A stretch of 64,000 bases of DNA from a virus (IMGVR_UViG_651703002_000001:64001-128000); one strand, 5' to 3'; positions 44,495 to 51,576 are shown, counted from the stretch's first letter. Notes: generated by a model not told the origin, from the letters alone. Made by a program: numbers and translations.

Positions 44495-45691
44495 ATGGAT
44501 TGGGTTGGTATGCCTGCATTTAAGCAGGAAAAACAAAAAGAATATCACCTAATAACTGCAATAGAAATCGTTGATATGTTTTCTGATAAATCACCACAGA
44601 AAATCCTAATTCGTTTTGATAATGATGTAGATCTTAAATTATTTTCTGATAGATTGGGTGTTCCTTTATCCAAATCAGATAAAGAGATTTATTTTGATGA
44701 CATACATACTTTATCTATCCAGACGGATCAACCATTGACCGATAGAACAAAATCTATCTGGTTTCCTCAACTAGTTAGAGGTATTAATGCTGATAAAAGA
44801 TGGTTTGGTGATGATAAGAAAAATCGATATCCTATCTATATTGTTTCGAAAGGTCGTTATAAAAATGGCTTGACATGGAAAGCCTTGGATAGGGTAGGTG
44901 CCGATTATTATGTAGTATGTGAAAACCATGAATTAGAAAATTATTCTGAAGTTGTAGGTGTTCAACGTTGTTTGGTTCTTCCTCAACATTATCTAGATGA
45001 ATATGATACTTGTGATGATCTAGGTAATACAAGAAGTAAGGGACCGGGAGCGGCACGTAATTTTTGTATAGACCATTCAAAAGAACTTGGGTTTAAACGT
45101 CATTGGGTAATGGATGATAATTTGGATGATTTTCATCGCCTGCATAATAATATGAAGTTGCCGGTTAGGACACCTGCATGTTTTAGAGCAGCCGAGGATT
45201 TTGTTGATAGGTTTGACAACGTTCCCGTTAGTGGGTTAAACTACTATTCATTCTGTAAGTCTACAGATAAGGTAAATCCATACACTAAGAATACCCGAAT
45301 TTATTCTTGTCTTTTGATTGAGAATGATAGTGGTTATCGATGGAGAGGACGATATAACGAAGATACCGATCTAAGTTTGAGAGTTCTAAAGGATGGATTG
45401 TGTACTATTCAATTTAACGCATTCTTGTGTGGAAAAGTTACAACTCAAAGAATGCGGGGCGGAAACAGTAAAGAGTTTTATGACGAAGAGGGTACAATGC
45501 CAAAATCAAAAATGATTGAGGACCTACACCCTGACGTTGCCAAAGTAGTTTGGAAATTTAATAGATGGCATCACCATGTTGACTATACAGCTTATAAGAA
45601 TCTTAAATTGAATCTTATAAATCCGGATCAAAAATATAATGAAGTTGATGATTACGGTATGTATATGATTGATGGTATTAAAACAAAATAG
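44495..45691 (+). CDS. GT-A glycosyltransferase (TET/JBP-associated, GREB1-like) with N-terminal WxGMP domain; putative DNA base hypermodification
   Basis: YPIYIVSKGR, GAARNF, HWVMDDN, RIYSCLL, WRGRYNEDTDLSLRVL, MRGGN. Confidence 0.8.
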   Translation: MDWVGMPAFKQEKQKEYHLITAIEIVDMFSDKSPQKILIRFDNDVDLKLFSDRLGVPLSKSDKEIYFDDIHTLSIQTDQPLTDRTKSIWFPQLVRGINADKRWFGDDKKNRYPIYIVSKGRYKNGLTWKALDRVGADYYVVCENHELENYSEVVGVQRCLVLPQHYLDEYDTCDDLGNTRSKGPGAARNFCIDHSKELGFKRHWVMDDNLDDFHRLHNNMKLPVRTPACFRAAEDFVDRFDNVPVSGLNYYSFCKSTDKVNPYTKNTRIYSCLLIENDSGYRWRGRYNEDTDLSLRVLKDGLCTIQFNAFLCGKVTTQRMRGGNSKEFYDEEGTMPKSKMIEDLHPDVAKVVWKFNRWHHHVDYTAYKNLKLNLINPDQKYNEVDDYGMYMIDGIKTK

Positions 45692-45702
45692 GATACTTAA
45701 AA

Positions 45703-46125
45703 ATGAAAGTTAAGCTAGGTGTATATAATTCTCGAATTTCTGATAAGATGATTAAAAATAGGAATGGAACCATTTTTGTTATTGATCCGAGTGCATTGGA
45801 AAAATACAAACAAACTCTTCCTACAGAGATCAATTACGGTCAACAAATCGATCTTGATGAAATTCGGTCAACCCCAAAACCGGTAGGTCGTATTGATGAA
45901 ATTGAATATGATATCGAAAATGACCTAGTTCATGTTTACGCCAATATCACGAAATATTATAGTGAAATTTGGAATGAACAGCGTGGATTTACTTCATTCT
46001 CTGCTAGGTTGATCGGAAATCTTAGTAAAAAGAATTTTGATAGTGTTTTTGTTACAACTGATGTAATTACATGGGATGTTGAGAATTTCAAAACCGGTTT
46101 GGAGACGGAAGATGGGAAGCTTTAA
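45703..46125 (+). CDS. Hypothetical protein
   Basis: 140 aa, AGGA RBS. Confidence 0.7.
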   Translation: MKVKLGVYNSRISDKMIKNRNGTIFVIDPSALEKYKQTLPTEINYGQQIDLDEIRSTPKPVGRIDEIEYDIENDLVHVYANITKYYSEIWNEQRGFTSFSARLIGNLSKKNFDSVFVTTDVITWDVENFKTGLETEDGKL

Positions 46126-47137
46126 TACTATTTGTTCGGTAAGTCGCCAGATTGTTGAATGTGGGGATAAGGTAGTATTGTTGGCTATGGCAAATGGCGC
46201 TTGTATTAGCGCCATCCCATTAAACGCCGTATACGATGATTACGGAGACTTCGATGTAGCAAATGACCTTGGCTATGAATGTTTGTTCAAAAACGTTTCT
46301 ATGCACAACGAAGGCGTTACACATGATAATCTGATGTGTTGTTTGGGTTTAAACTCAGATAAACGGTGGACTGTTCCAAATCTATTTTCTACCACAAAAC
46401 GGTCTGAAATTACTTTGTCTGTCATAAAATCTTCGGTATATGATCTAGTTGCAGAATATGGATCCAGAAAATGGAACTACAAGAAAGAGTATAATTTAGA
46501 TCTTAGTTCCCGTTGGGAAAATCGTACTCCCGAATCTACAGCTAAAAATATAAAAAGGTTGGAACTTCAAATTGAAGAATATAAAAAGATGGATGAAGAA
46601 GACTTTTTAATCAATCATATGTATATGATGATTGATAATTTGAAGATGGGTAACGTTCGCCACCACGAACTATATTCACTTAGTCAGTATGGCGATATGA
46701 TCGATCATTATGCACACCATGATGATTCAACCAAAGCTATATTCGATAATATTGATATTTTTTCCAAATTAGAGGATTTCTTTATTGGTATTTCTGCTCT
46801 GGATATTACCCTTGTTCCTCAAGAATATGGTCGCCAGACAGTAAATCAATTCGAACGAGTTAAGATTTTGACTGATATCCAAATTGCTGGATTCAATCAA
46901 ACGGAAAAAATTCAGTTGACACCAATTGAATGGGATGTTAAAGTACCTTCAAATATAGTTGAAGAGTATACCAAACCTAACTGGTCTAATGAAATTGATC
47001 TTATTCGTATTGGAAATTCTCTTGAAATTACGGACTCGAAATATAATGAGTTTAAACAATACAAATACCCAAATGTTTTCTTGAGTGAAGAATTGGTATG
47101 GCCTAACGGTAATTTTGTTGAAAGTGATATGATATGA
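46112..47137 (+). CDS. Hypothetical protein
   Basis: About 341 aa starting MGSFNTICSVS, GGAG RBS. Confidence 0.8.
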   Translation: MGSFNTICSVSRQIVECGDKVVLLAMANGACISAIPLNAVYDDYGDFDVANDLGYECLFKNVSMHNEGVTHDNLMCCLGLNSDKRWTVPNLFSTTKRSEITLSVIKSSVYDLVAEYGSRKWNYKKEYNLDLSSRWENRTPESTAKNIKRLELQIEEYKKMDEEDFLINHMYMMIDNLKMGNVRHHELYSLSQYGDMIDHYAHHDDSTKAIFDNIDIFSKLEDFFIGISALDITLVPQEYGRQTVNQFERVKILTDIQIAGFNQTEKIQLTPIEWDVKVPSNIVEEYTKPNWSNEIDLIRIGNSLEITDSKYNEFKQYKYPNVFLSEELVWPNGNFVESDMI

Positions 47138-47511
47138 CACATGACTCATTTGTATATACTGTTTATAGTCCATGTTTTTGTATTGATGCAAAAACAAATA
47201 TACCGGTTTGGGGTTATCCTAAAGAAGGGGAACCGCCAATTAACATAATTCATCTAGAGAATCAAAGAGTTTATTTTGATGAGTCGATCCGTATTGATCT
47301 GCACGGTCTTGTAACTGCGGTACTTATGTTTATTAGAGAACGAACCCCAGAAGCAACACATCTTTATATGTACAATATAAATGTGGAACATCAATATGTT
47401 GAATATACTTTCATCAATAAAGAAAAGAAGTTGCGCCTAGCAAGGAGTAATATTCATAATAAAAATACACCTTTTGTTGAAAGTGAATGGTTGACCCCTA
47501 ATGAAAATTAA
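47134..47511 (+). CDS. Hypothetical protein
   Basis: 125 aa, ATGA overlap. Confidence 0.7.
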   Translation: MTHDSFVYTVYSPCFCIDAKTNIPVWGYPKEGEPPINIIHLENQRVYFDESIRIDLHGLVTAVLMFIRERTPEATHLYMYNINVEHQYVEYTFINKEKKLRLARSNIHNKNTPFVESEWLTPNEN

Positions 47512-47513
47512 AA

Positions 47514-47544
47514 GTTTACAAACCACATTTTGATATGTTATCAT
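47514..47544 (+). promoter_or_regulatory. Early promoter, predicted start at about 47551
   Basis: AAAA GTTTACA-N18-TATCAT with TG extension. Confidence 0.75.
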
Positions 47545-47550
47545 TGTTTT

Positions 47551-47690
47551 AGATACGAAAAGGTCGAGCGCGATGCGGTAAGGAAGCAAAGCGGTTACAT
47601 CCTTAATACTGAACCGATTAAGTTACGGCGGATGGACTGGGCTTTGGTAAACGGGGAAGCATAGACCCGAGCACCTGAGTAGTATCACCA
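47551..47690 (+). ncRNA. Candidate CCA-ended structured RNA (about 140 nt, non-tRNA)
   Basis: GATAC/GTATC-ACCA closing stem, GAA/AGTA bulged-G motif, AGGT/ACCT, CATCC/GGATG, CTTAAT/ATTAAG. Confidence 0.7.
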
Positions 47691-47708
47691 AATTATGGGA
47701 GTTTATTT

Positions 47709-48104
47709 ATGACACGTAATGAGAAATATAAATTAGGAGTTTCTAAATTTATCAAGAAAGGTTTAACATTGATACAATCTAGTATCATGTATAAACAGAC
47801 AGATCCTGAATGGGAAGAAAAAGACGAAATTTATTGCTACCTAAATAAGGATGATAAAGAGATTTACATTATTAAACGTCTTGGGTCGTGTTGTGGTCCT
47901 TGGCTTAGTGTAAGTTGTCGAATTCTTCGTAGAAAAGGTTATGCGGAATTCAATTTTGATGATACAATAGAAGCTGATTATATGGGTGGTAAACGAACTG
48001 CATATCGTGTGATGTTTACATCCGAACCGGAAGTAGTGTATAATGAAAACTTCCCGTTCTACAAATCGAATCTAATTCAGATTTATGAAAAACTAACCAA
48101 ATAA
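47709..48104 (+). CDS. Hypothetical protein
   Basis: 131 aa, GGGAG RBS. Confidence 0.75.
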   Translation: MTRNEKYKLGVSKFIKKGLTLIQSSIMYKQTDPEWEEKDEIYCYLNKDDKEIYIIKRLGSCCGPWLSVSCRILRRKGYAEFNFDDTIEADYMGGKRTAYRVMFTSEPEVVYNENFPFYKSNLIQIYEKLTK

Positions 48105-48107
48105 AAA

Positions 48108-48138
48108 GTTTACACATCATTGAATATTGTGATATGAT
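48108..48138 (+). promoter_or_regulatory. Early promoter of the main tRNA cluster
   Basis: AAAAA GTTTACA-N18-TATGAT with TG extension. Confidence 0.75.
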
Positions 48139-48202
48139 GGTTATATCGATGAGTCATCGAACAAACAGTTTTGTGATGTACATCTAGAATGTTTAAACTT
48201 GT

Positions 48203-48279
48203 GCGCTGTTAGCTCAGTTGGATAGAGCAACGTTCTTCTAAAGCGTGGGTCGCTGGTTCGAATCCAGCACGGCGCACCA
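48203..48279 (+). tRNA. tRNA-Arg(TCT)
   Basis: ACGTT-CTTCTAA-AGCGT, TTCGAAT T loop, CCA. Confidence 0.96.
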
Positions 48280-48285
48280 AAATTC

Positions 48286-48369
48286 GGGGATGTGGTGAAA
48301 TTGGCAGACACACCAGATTTAGGTTCTGGCGCTTATAGCGTGACGGTTCGAGTCCGTCCATCCCCACCA
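48286..48369 (+). tRNA. tRNA-Leu(TAG)
   Basis: CCAGA-TTTAGGT-TCTGG, variable arm, CCA. Confidence 0.96.
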
Positions 48370-48385
48370 GATTTAAGGGATAACT

Positions 48386-48454
48386 ATGAAAATCCTCAAA
48401 ATGAAGAAATACCCTTACACATGTAGATTGTGTGGTTGGGATTATGAAAATTGA
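48386..48454 (+). CDS. Cys-containing micropeptide (22 aa, possibly truncated)
   Basis: MKILKMKKYPYTCRLCGWDYEN; AAGGGA RBS; paralog at 49913. Confidence 0.5.
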   Translation: MKILKMKKYPYTCRLCGWDYEN

Positions 48455-48477
48455 AGTTTGTGAATAAAAAGCTTTAT

Positions 48478-48553
48478 GCGGGTGTAGCTCAGTTGGTAGA
48501 GCTTCTGATTTCCAATCAGAATGTCGCGTGTTCGAGTCACGTTACCCGCTCCA
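48478..48553 (+). tRNA. tRNA-Gly(TCC)
   Basis: TCTGA-TTTCCAA-TCAGA, U discriminator, CCA. Confidence 0.95.
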
Positions 48554-48556
48554 AAT

Positions 48557-48630
48557 TTGTATGTAACTCAATTGGTTAGAGCACGGGACACAAATCCCGT
48601 AGGATGTTGGTTCGAGTCCAATCATACAAA
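48557..48630 (+). ncRNA. tRNA-like RNA/pseudo-tRNA with 6-nt anticodon loop, no encoded CCA
   Basis: TTGTATG/CATACAA acceptor, recognisable D and T arms, CGGGA-CACAAA-TCCCG. Confidence 0.75.
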
Positions 48631-48641
48631 AATTTCAAGAT

Positions 48642-48719
48642 GGCCCCCATAGCTCAGTTGGTTAGAGCGTCCGACTCATAATCGGGTGGTCACTGGTTCG
48701 AGTCCAGTTGGGGCCACCA
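48642..48719 (+). tRNA. tRNA-Ile2(CAT) (lysidine type; Met not excluded)
   Basis: GGCCCC../GGGGCC-A-CCA and CGA-CTCATAA-TCG resemble enterobacterial tRNA-Ile2; one extra C in the 5' acceptor strand. Confidence 0.88.
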
Positions 48720-48740
48720 AATTTTGATGAGAACTATATT

Positions 48741-48935
48741 ATGTCTGGTATAAAATCCATAATTGAAAATTGGTCAGTTGGTGATGGTATAATCCACTGG
48801 AAGAATGGACGTCATAGTTTAGTAGTCTTTGGGTTTGCTCCAAATGGAGAACCTGCATTTAAGTTTAAAGGTAAGAATAAACTTACGTCAGTAAGACAGA
48901 TTGAAAAATCAATAGTGATGGCACATATTCTATAG
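48741..48935 (+). CDS. Hypothetical protein (64 aa)
   Basis: MSGIKSIIENWSVGDG...; the track start at 48708 lies inside a tRNA, so the ATG at 48741 is preferred. Confidence 0.6.
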   Translation: MSGIKSIIENWSVGDGIIHWKNGRHSLVVFGFAPNGEPAFKFKGKNKLTSVRQIEKSIVMAHIL

Positions 48936-49172
48936 TCGTAAGCTCTCACGAATTTAATGGTCGTTGACCTTACGATAACAATAAAGCGGGTATGAGTCCC
49001 CTAGCTTTTAAAATTATAAAAGGGATGTTGATGCGCGTATGTAGCCGGGTTATAATGACCGAGATTCATGAAGGGTAAAAGACTACCCTAAATATTAGTG
49101 TAAGAAGAGTATTTTGGGGTTATCGCAATTAAATTGTTATAATTTTTCGGAATACCAGTTACACTAATAAAT
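48936..49172 (+). ncRNA. Candidate structured RNA(s): hairpins/pseudoknot plus an 80-nt long hairpin
   Basis: TCGTAAG/CTTACGA, AAAGC/GCTTT, AGGGTA/TACCCT, TATTAGTGTAA/TTACACTAATA. Confidence 0.45.
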
Positions 49173-49177
49173 ATTAT

Positions 49178-49253
49178 TGCGAGTTGGAGAAGTGGTCATC
49201 TCGACAGGCTCATTACCTGTAGGTCGGTTGTTCGAATCAACCACTCGCAACCA
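49178..49253 (+). tRNA. tRNA-Met(CAT), initiator-like
   Basis: ACAGG-CTCATTA-CCTGT, fMet-like D arm TGGAG..CTCG, CCA. Confidence 0.92.
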
Positions 49254-49259
49254 AATTAA

Positions 49260-49335
49260 GGGCGTGTAGTTCCAGCGGTAGAACGATGGACTGTTAATCC
49301 ATGTGTCGGGGGTTCGAATCCCTCCACGCCCGCCA
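49260..49335 (+). tRNA. tRNA-Asn(GTT)
   Basis: ATGGA-CTGTTAA-TCCAT, GCCA end. Confidence 0.96.
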
Positions 49336-49338
49336 ATT

Positions 49339-49456
49339 TTGTGTATAGTTTAATCGGTTAGAACATGGTGTGGATCGACTCCACCTTTGCTGAATAGCGA
49401 AATAAATAACTGGCTTTAGTCGCCGGATGGTGCGGGTTCGAATCCCGTTACACAAA
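49339..49456 (+). ncRNA. tRNA-like RNA with multibranched insertion replacing the anticodon loop (118 nt), no encoded CCA
   Basis: TTGTGTA/TACACAA acceptor, D arm, GCGGG-TTCGAAT-CCCGT T arm; internal hairpins GTGGA/TCCAC and TTGCT/AGCGA. Confidence 0.75.
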
Positions 49457-49464
49457 AAAGTTTA

Positions 49465-49558
49465 GGAAGGTCAACCCGACGGTAGGCGACGGGAGCGGTC
49501 TTGAAAACCGCCGAGGCGTAACAGCGCCTTGTGAGTTCGATCCTCACATCTTCCGCCA
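49465..49558 (+). tRNA. tRNA-Ser(TGA)
   Basis: GCGGT-CTTGAAA-ACCGC, long variable arm, GCCA. Confidence 0.93.
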
Positions 49559-49567
49559 AGTTTTAAT

Positions 49568-49643
49568 GCATCGTTAGCTCAGCAGGTAGAGCATGGGACT
49601 TTTAATCTCAGGGTCGCTGGTTCGAATCCAGCACGATGTACCA
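49568..49643 (+). tRNA. tRNA-Lys(TTT)
   Basis: TGGGA-CTTTTAA-TCTCA, CCA. Confidence 0.96.
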
Positions 49644-49649
49644 GTTTTA

Positions 49650-49733
49650 GGATGCATAGGCAAATGGTTAAGCCAGCGGTCTGTAAAACCGTAGCCTTCG
49701 GGCTTCTTGGTTCGAATCCAAGTGTATCCACCA
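49650..49733 (+). tRNA. tRNA-Tyr(GTA)
   Basis: GCGGT-CTGTAAA-ACCGT, variable arm, CCA. Confidence 0.96.
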
Positions 49734-49739
49734 AATAAT

Positions 49740-49814
49740 AGGTCTATGGTGTAGTGGTAACATGCCGGATTCCAAATCCGTGCGTCTGGGGTTCAAGTCC
49801 TCATGGGCCTGCCA
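49740..49814 (+). tRNA. tRNA-Trp(CCA)
   Basis: CCGGA-TTCCAAA-TCCGT, AGG start, GCCA end. Confidence 0.93.
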
Positions 49815-49819
49815 AGTTT

Positions 49820-49896
49820 GGGGGATTAGCTCAGTTGGAATGAGCGACTGGTTTGCAACCAGTAGGTCATCGGTTCGACCCCGATATCCTCCACCA
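49820..49896 (+). tRNA. tRNA-Ala(TGC)
   Basis: ACTGG-TTTGCAA-CCAGT, G3:U70 pair, CCA. Confidence 0.96.
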
Positions 49897-49912
49897 ATTT
49901 TAATGAGCTTTT

Positions 49913-50008
49913 ATGAAAATAATCAAGGTAAGAAAGTATCCATATACATGCAACGTTTGTGGTAACGACTATGACGACTGTTATTGTGGATTCTTGTTAA
50001 GTGTGTAA
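49913..50008 (+). CDS. Cys-rich micropeptide (31 aa, CxxC...CxC)
   Basis: MKIIKVRKYPYTCNVCGNDYDDCYCGFLLSV; paralog of the 48386 ORF. Confidence 0.55.
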   Translation: MKIIKVRKYPYTCNVCGNDYDDCYCGFLLSV

Positions 50009-50014
50009 ATAGAT

Positions 50015-50209
50015 TATAATTAGGTTATGGGCTCTAGATTCCTAGTCAGTTTCGCACCCTATAATCGCAACGCTGGTTCGAATGTAGATGTTTTGACCGA
50101 CTATAAACTACAGCCAGCAACGTATAAAAATCAGGATAAGTCCTGTAAAATCCTCGGTTGTTTCTAAGTCCCTCTCTGGTTCGTGAGTAATCAGGCGATA
50201 CTAATTATA
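50015..50209 (+). ncRNA. Candidate structured RNA (about 195 nt)
   Basis: TATAATTAG/CTAATTATA closing stem, GGTTATGG/CTATAATC, GCTGGT/GCCAGC, CAGGA-TAAG-TCCTG, possible GACCGA/TCGGTT pseudoknot. Confidence 0.6.
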
Positions 50210-50230
50210 TAAACGGGGTAAATAATTTAA

Positions 50231-50336
50231 GCGAGATTAGGGTTGCAAACCGAAATCGTAAGTCGTCTTGTACATACCCACTCAAAGAAGGTATGAGTTT
50301 ACAAGGTGCGCCAGTTTTCAGTCTGGTTAAAACTGT
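50231..50336 (+). ncRNA. Candidate structured RNA or tRNA-Pro leader
   Basis: GGTT-GCAA-ACC, CTTGTA-CATACC/GGTATG-TACAAG, CAGTTTT/AAAACTG. Confidence 0.4.
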
Positions 50337-50339
50337 TAT

Positions 50340-50417
50340 CCGTGTGTAGGCTAGGCAGGTCAAGTCGTCTGTTTTGGGACCAGAAGATCGAAGGTTCGAA
50401 TCCTTCCACACGGACCA
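50340..50417 (+). tRNA. tRNA-Pro(TGG)
   Basis: TCTGT-TTTGGGA-CCAGA, C1:G72, CCA. Confidence 0.93.
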
Positions 50418-50438
50418 ATTTTTATGAGGAAAAATGAT

Positions 50439-50715
50439 ATGTGGCGATCTGTTGAAGTTACTGTTAAAAAGTTTGAAGAATCTCATCTCCGAAAATTGAC
50501 AAAATCGCGTATTAAGGCATTCAAAGCATCCTTGTCTCCGCGAAGTTGGTATGCGATTTACAGATGTTTGTTGTGAATCACGATGCGAAAGTATTGAAAA
50601 AGATCGCCAAACAGAAGCATATGAAATTTATATTCATAATATGGCTAATATCAACGCCATTTATGCCGAGAAATCAACAGACCTTTCCAATGGTTGCACC
50701 AACTGGTCAAATTAG
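50439..50715 (+). CDS. Hypothetical protein (probably one gene with an indel near 50535)
   Basis: GAGGA RBS; MWRSVEVTVKKFEESHLRK... joins REVGMRFTDVCCESRC...NWSN in another frame. Confidence 0.4.
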
Positions 50716-50987
50716 CACAAAGAACGGGATAACGGCGTATATCCCCGGAAGAAGCCAGCCATAGAGAATCTGGATATCCTATAAAGTGCTTGTAATTTAT
50801 AGGCGGGATTGGTAGTATAAAGACGATATGGTAACTACCCATTGACTAGCAGTGTGAAACTAGAGGTTACTGTCCTTAACCAAACTACGAACAGATGGAC
50901 AAAATGGTTGATTTCCCTTCCTCTTAGTGATAGCGTATCAACCAAATTAGGATATAATCACAATCTACGGACCCTGATTATATTCCG
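50714..50987 (+). ncRNA. Candidate structured RNA(s) (about 270 nt)
   Basis: GGGATA/TATCCC, CCTATAAA/TTTATAGG, GTAGT/ACTAC, GGTTA/TAACC, TGGTTGAT/ATCAACCA, GATATAATCA/TGATTATATT. Confidence 0.55.
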
Positions 50988-50990
50988 ACT

Positions 50991-51066
50991 GCCGAATTAG
51001 CTCATCTGGTAGAGCACAGCCTTTGTAACGCTGGGGTGGTCCGTTCGAGTCGGACATTCGGCACCA
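50991..51066 (+). tRNA. tRNA-Thr(TGT)
   Basis: CAGCC-TTTGTAA-CGCTG, CCA. Confidence 0.94.
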
Positions 51067-51078
51067 AATTAATTAAAT

Positions 51079-51154
51079 AGTGGATTAGCTCAGTAGGTAG
51101 AGCACTCGACCGATAATCGAGAGCGCATTGGTTCAACCCCAATATCCACTACCA
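51079..51154 (+). tRNA. tRNA-Ile(GAT)
   Basis: CTCGA-CCGATAA-TCGAG (C33), CCA. Confidence 0.93.
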
Positions 51155-51160
51155 ATTCTA

Positions 51161-51248
51161 GGAGAAGTGGATGAGCGGCTTAAATCGCTCCCCTGCTAAG
51201 GGAGTAAACCGGAAGGTTTCGAGAGTTCGAATCTCTCCTTCTCCGCCA
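51161..51248 (+). tRNA. tRNA-Ser(GCT)
   Basis: CTCCC-CTGCTAA-GGGAG, variable arm, GCCA. Confidence 0.96.
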
Positions 51249-51255
51249 AATATTT

Positions 51256-51331
51256 GAGGATGTAGTATAGTGGTCAATATCCCTGCCTGTCACGTAGGAG
51301 ATCGCGGGTTCGAGTCCCGTCATCCTCGCCA
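51256..51331 (+). tRNA. tRNA-Asp(GTC)
   Basis: CCTGC-CTGTCAC-GTAGG, GCCA. Confidence 0.96.
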
Positions 51332-51335
51332 ATTT

Positions 51336-51576
51336 GGATTCCCGTCAATAGTCCGGTCTATGGGAATCAACGCTTTAAGTAGCCCACCGGTATTTGTAAA
51401 GAGTGACTGTATCTAGTGGAAACATTAGACAAGGCTTAGATTCCCTTTCTCAGGGCCTAAGCGTAAAGTAACGAGCAAGACCTTCTTGTAGGCTTAACCC
51501 ATTGGGGTGTTTGAGGTTTACATGTGTGGGCTCGGATAGCCAATGCTATTAAGTCTGGTGATGGTGCGACCGGATC
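51336..51576 (+). ncRNA. Candidate large structured RNA (about 240 nt)
   Basis: GATTCCCGT/ATGGGAATC, AGCCCAC/GTGGGCT, TCTAGTG-GAAA-CATTAGA, GCTTAG/CTAAGC; loop TCCGGTC complementary to 3' GACCGGA. Confidence 0.65.

Noticed and set aside
47551-47690. Resemblance to RNase P RNA (TGCGGTAAG, GGTAAAC), SRP RNA (AAGGAAGCA) or group I intron P/Q (AAACGGGGAA..CCCGAGC)
   Set aside because: Too short; lacks the RNase P P4 motifs, the paired SRP helix 8 and the group I P5/P7 core
48452-48454. TGA aligned to Cys as possible selenocysteine
   Set aside because: No SECIS-like hairpin downstream and the frame closes again two codons later; truncation or sequencing error is simpler
48975-49105. Twister-ribozyme-like or ToxI-like pseudoknots
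   Set aside because: Conserved twister NAA and GAG elements are missing; the ToxI-like hairpin is not repeated and overlaps a late promoter motif
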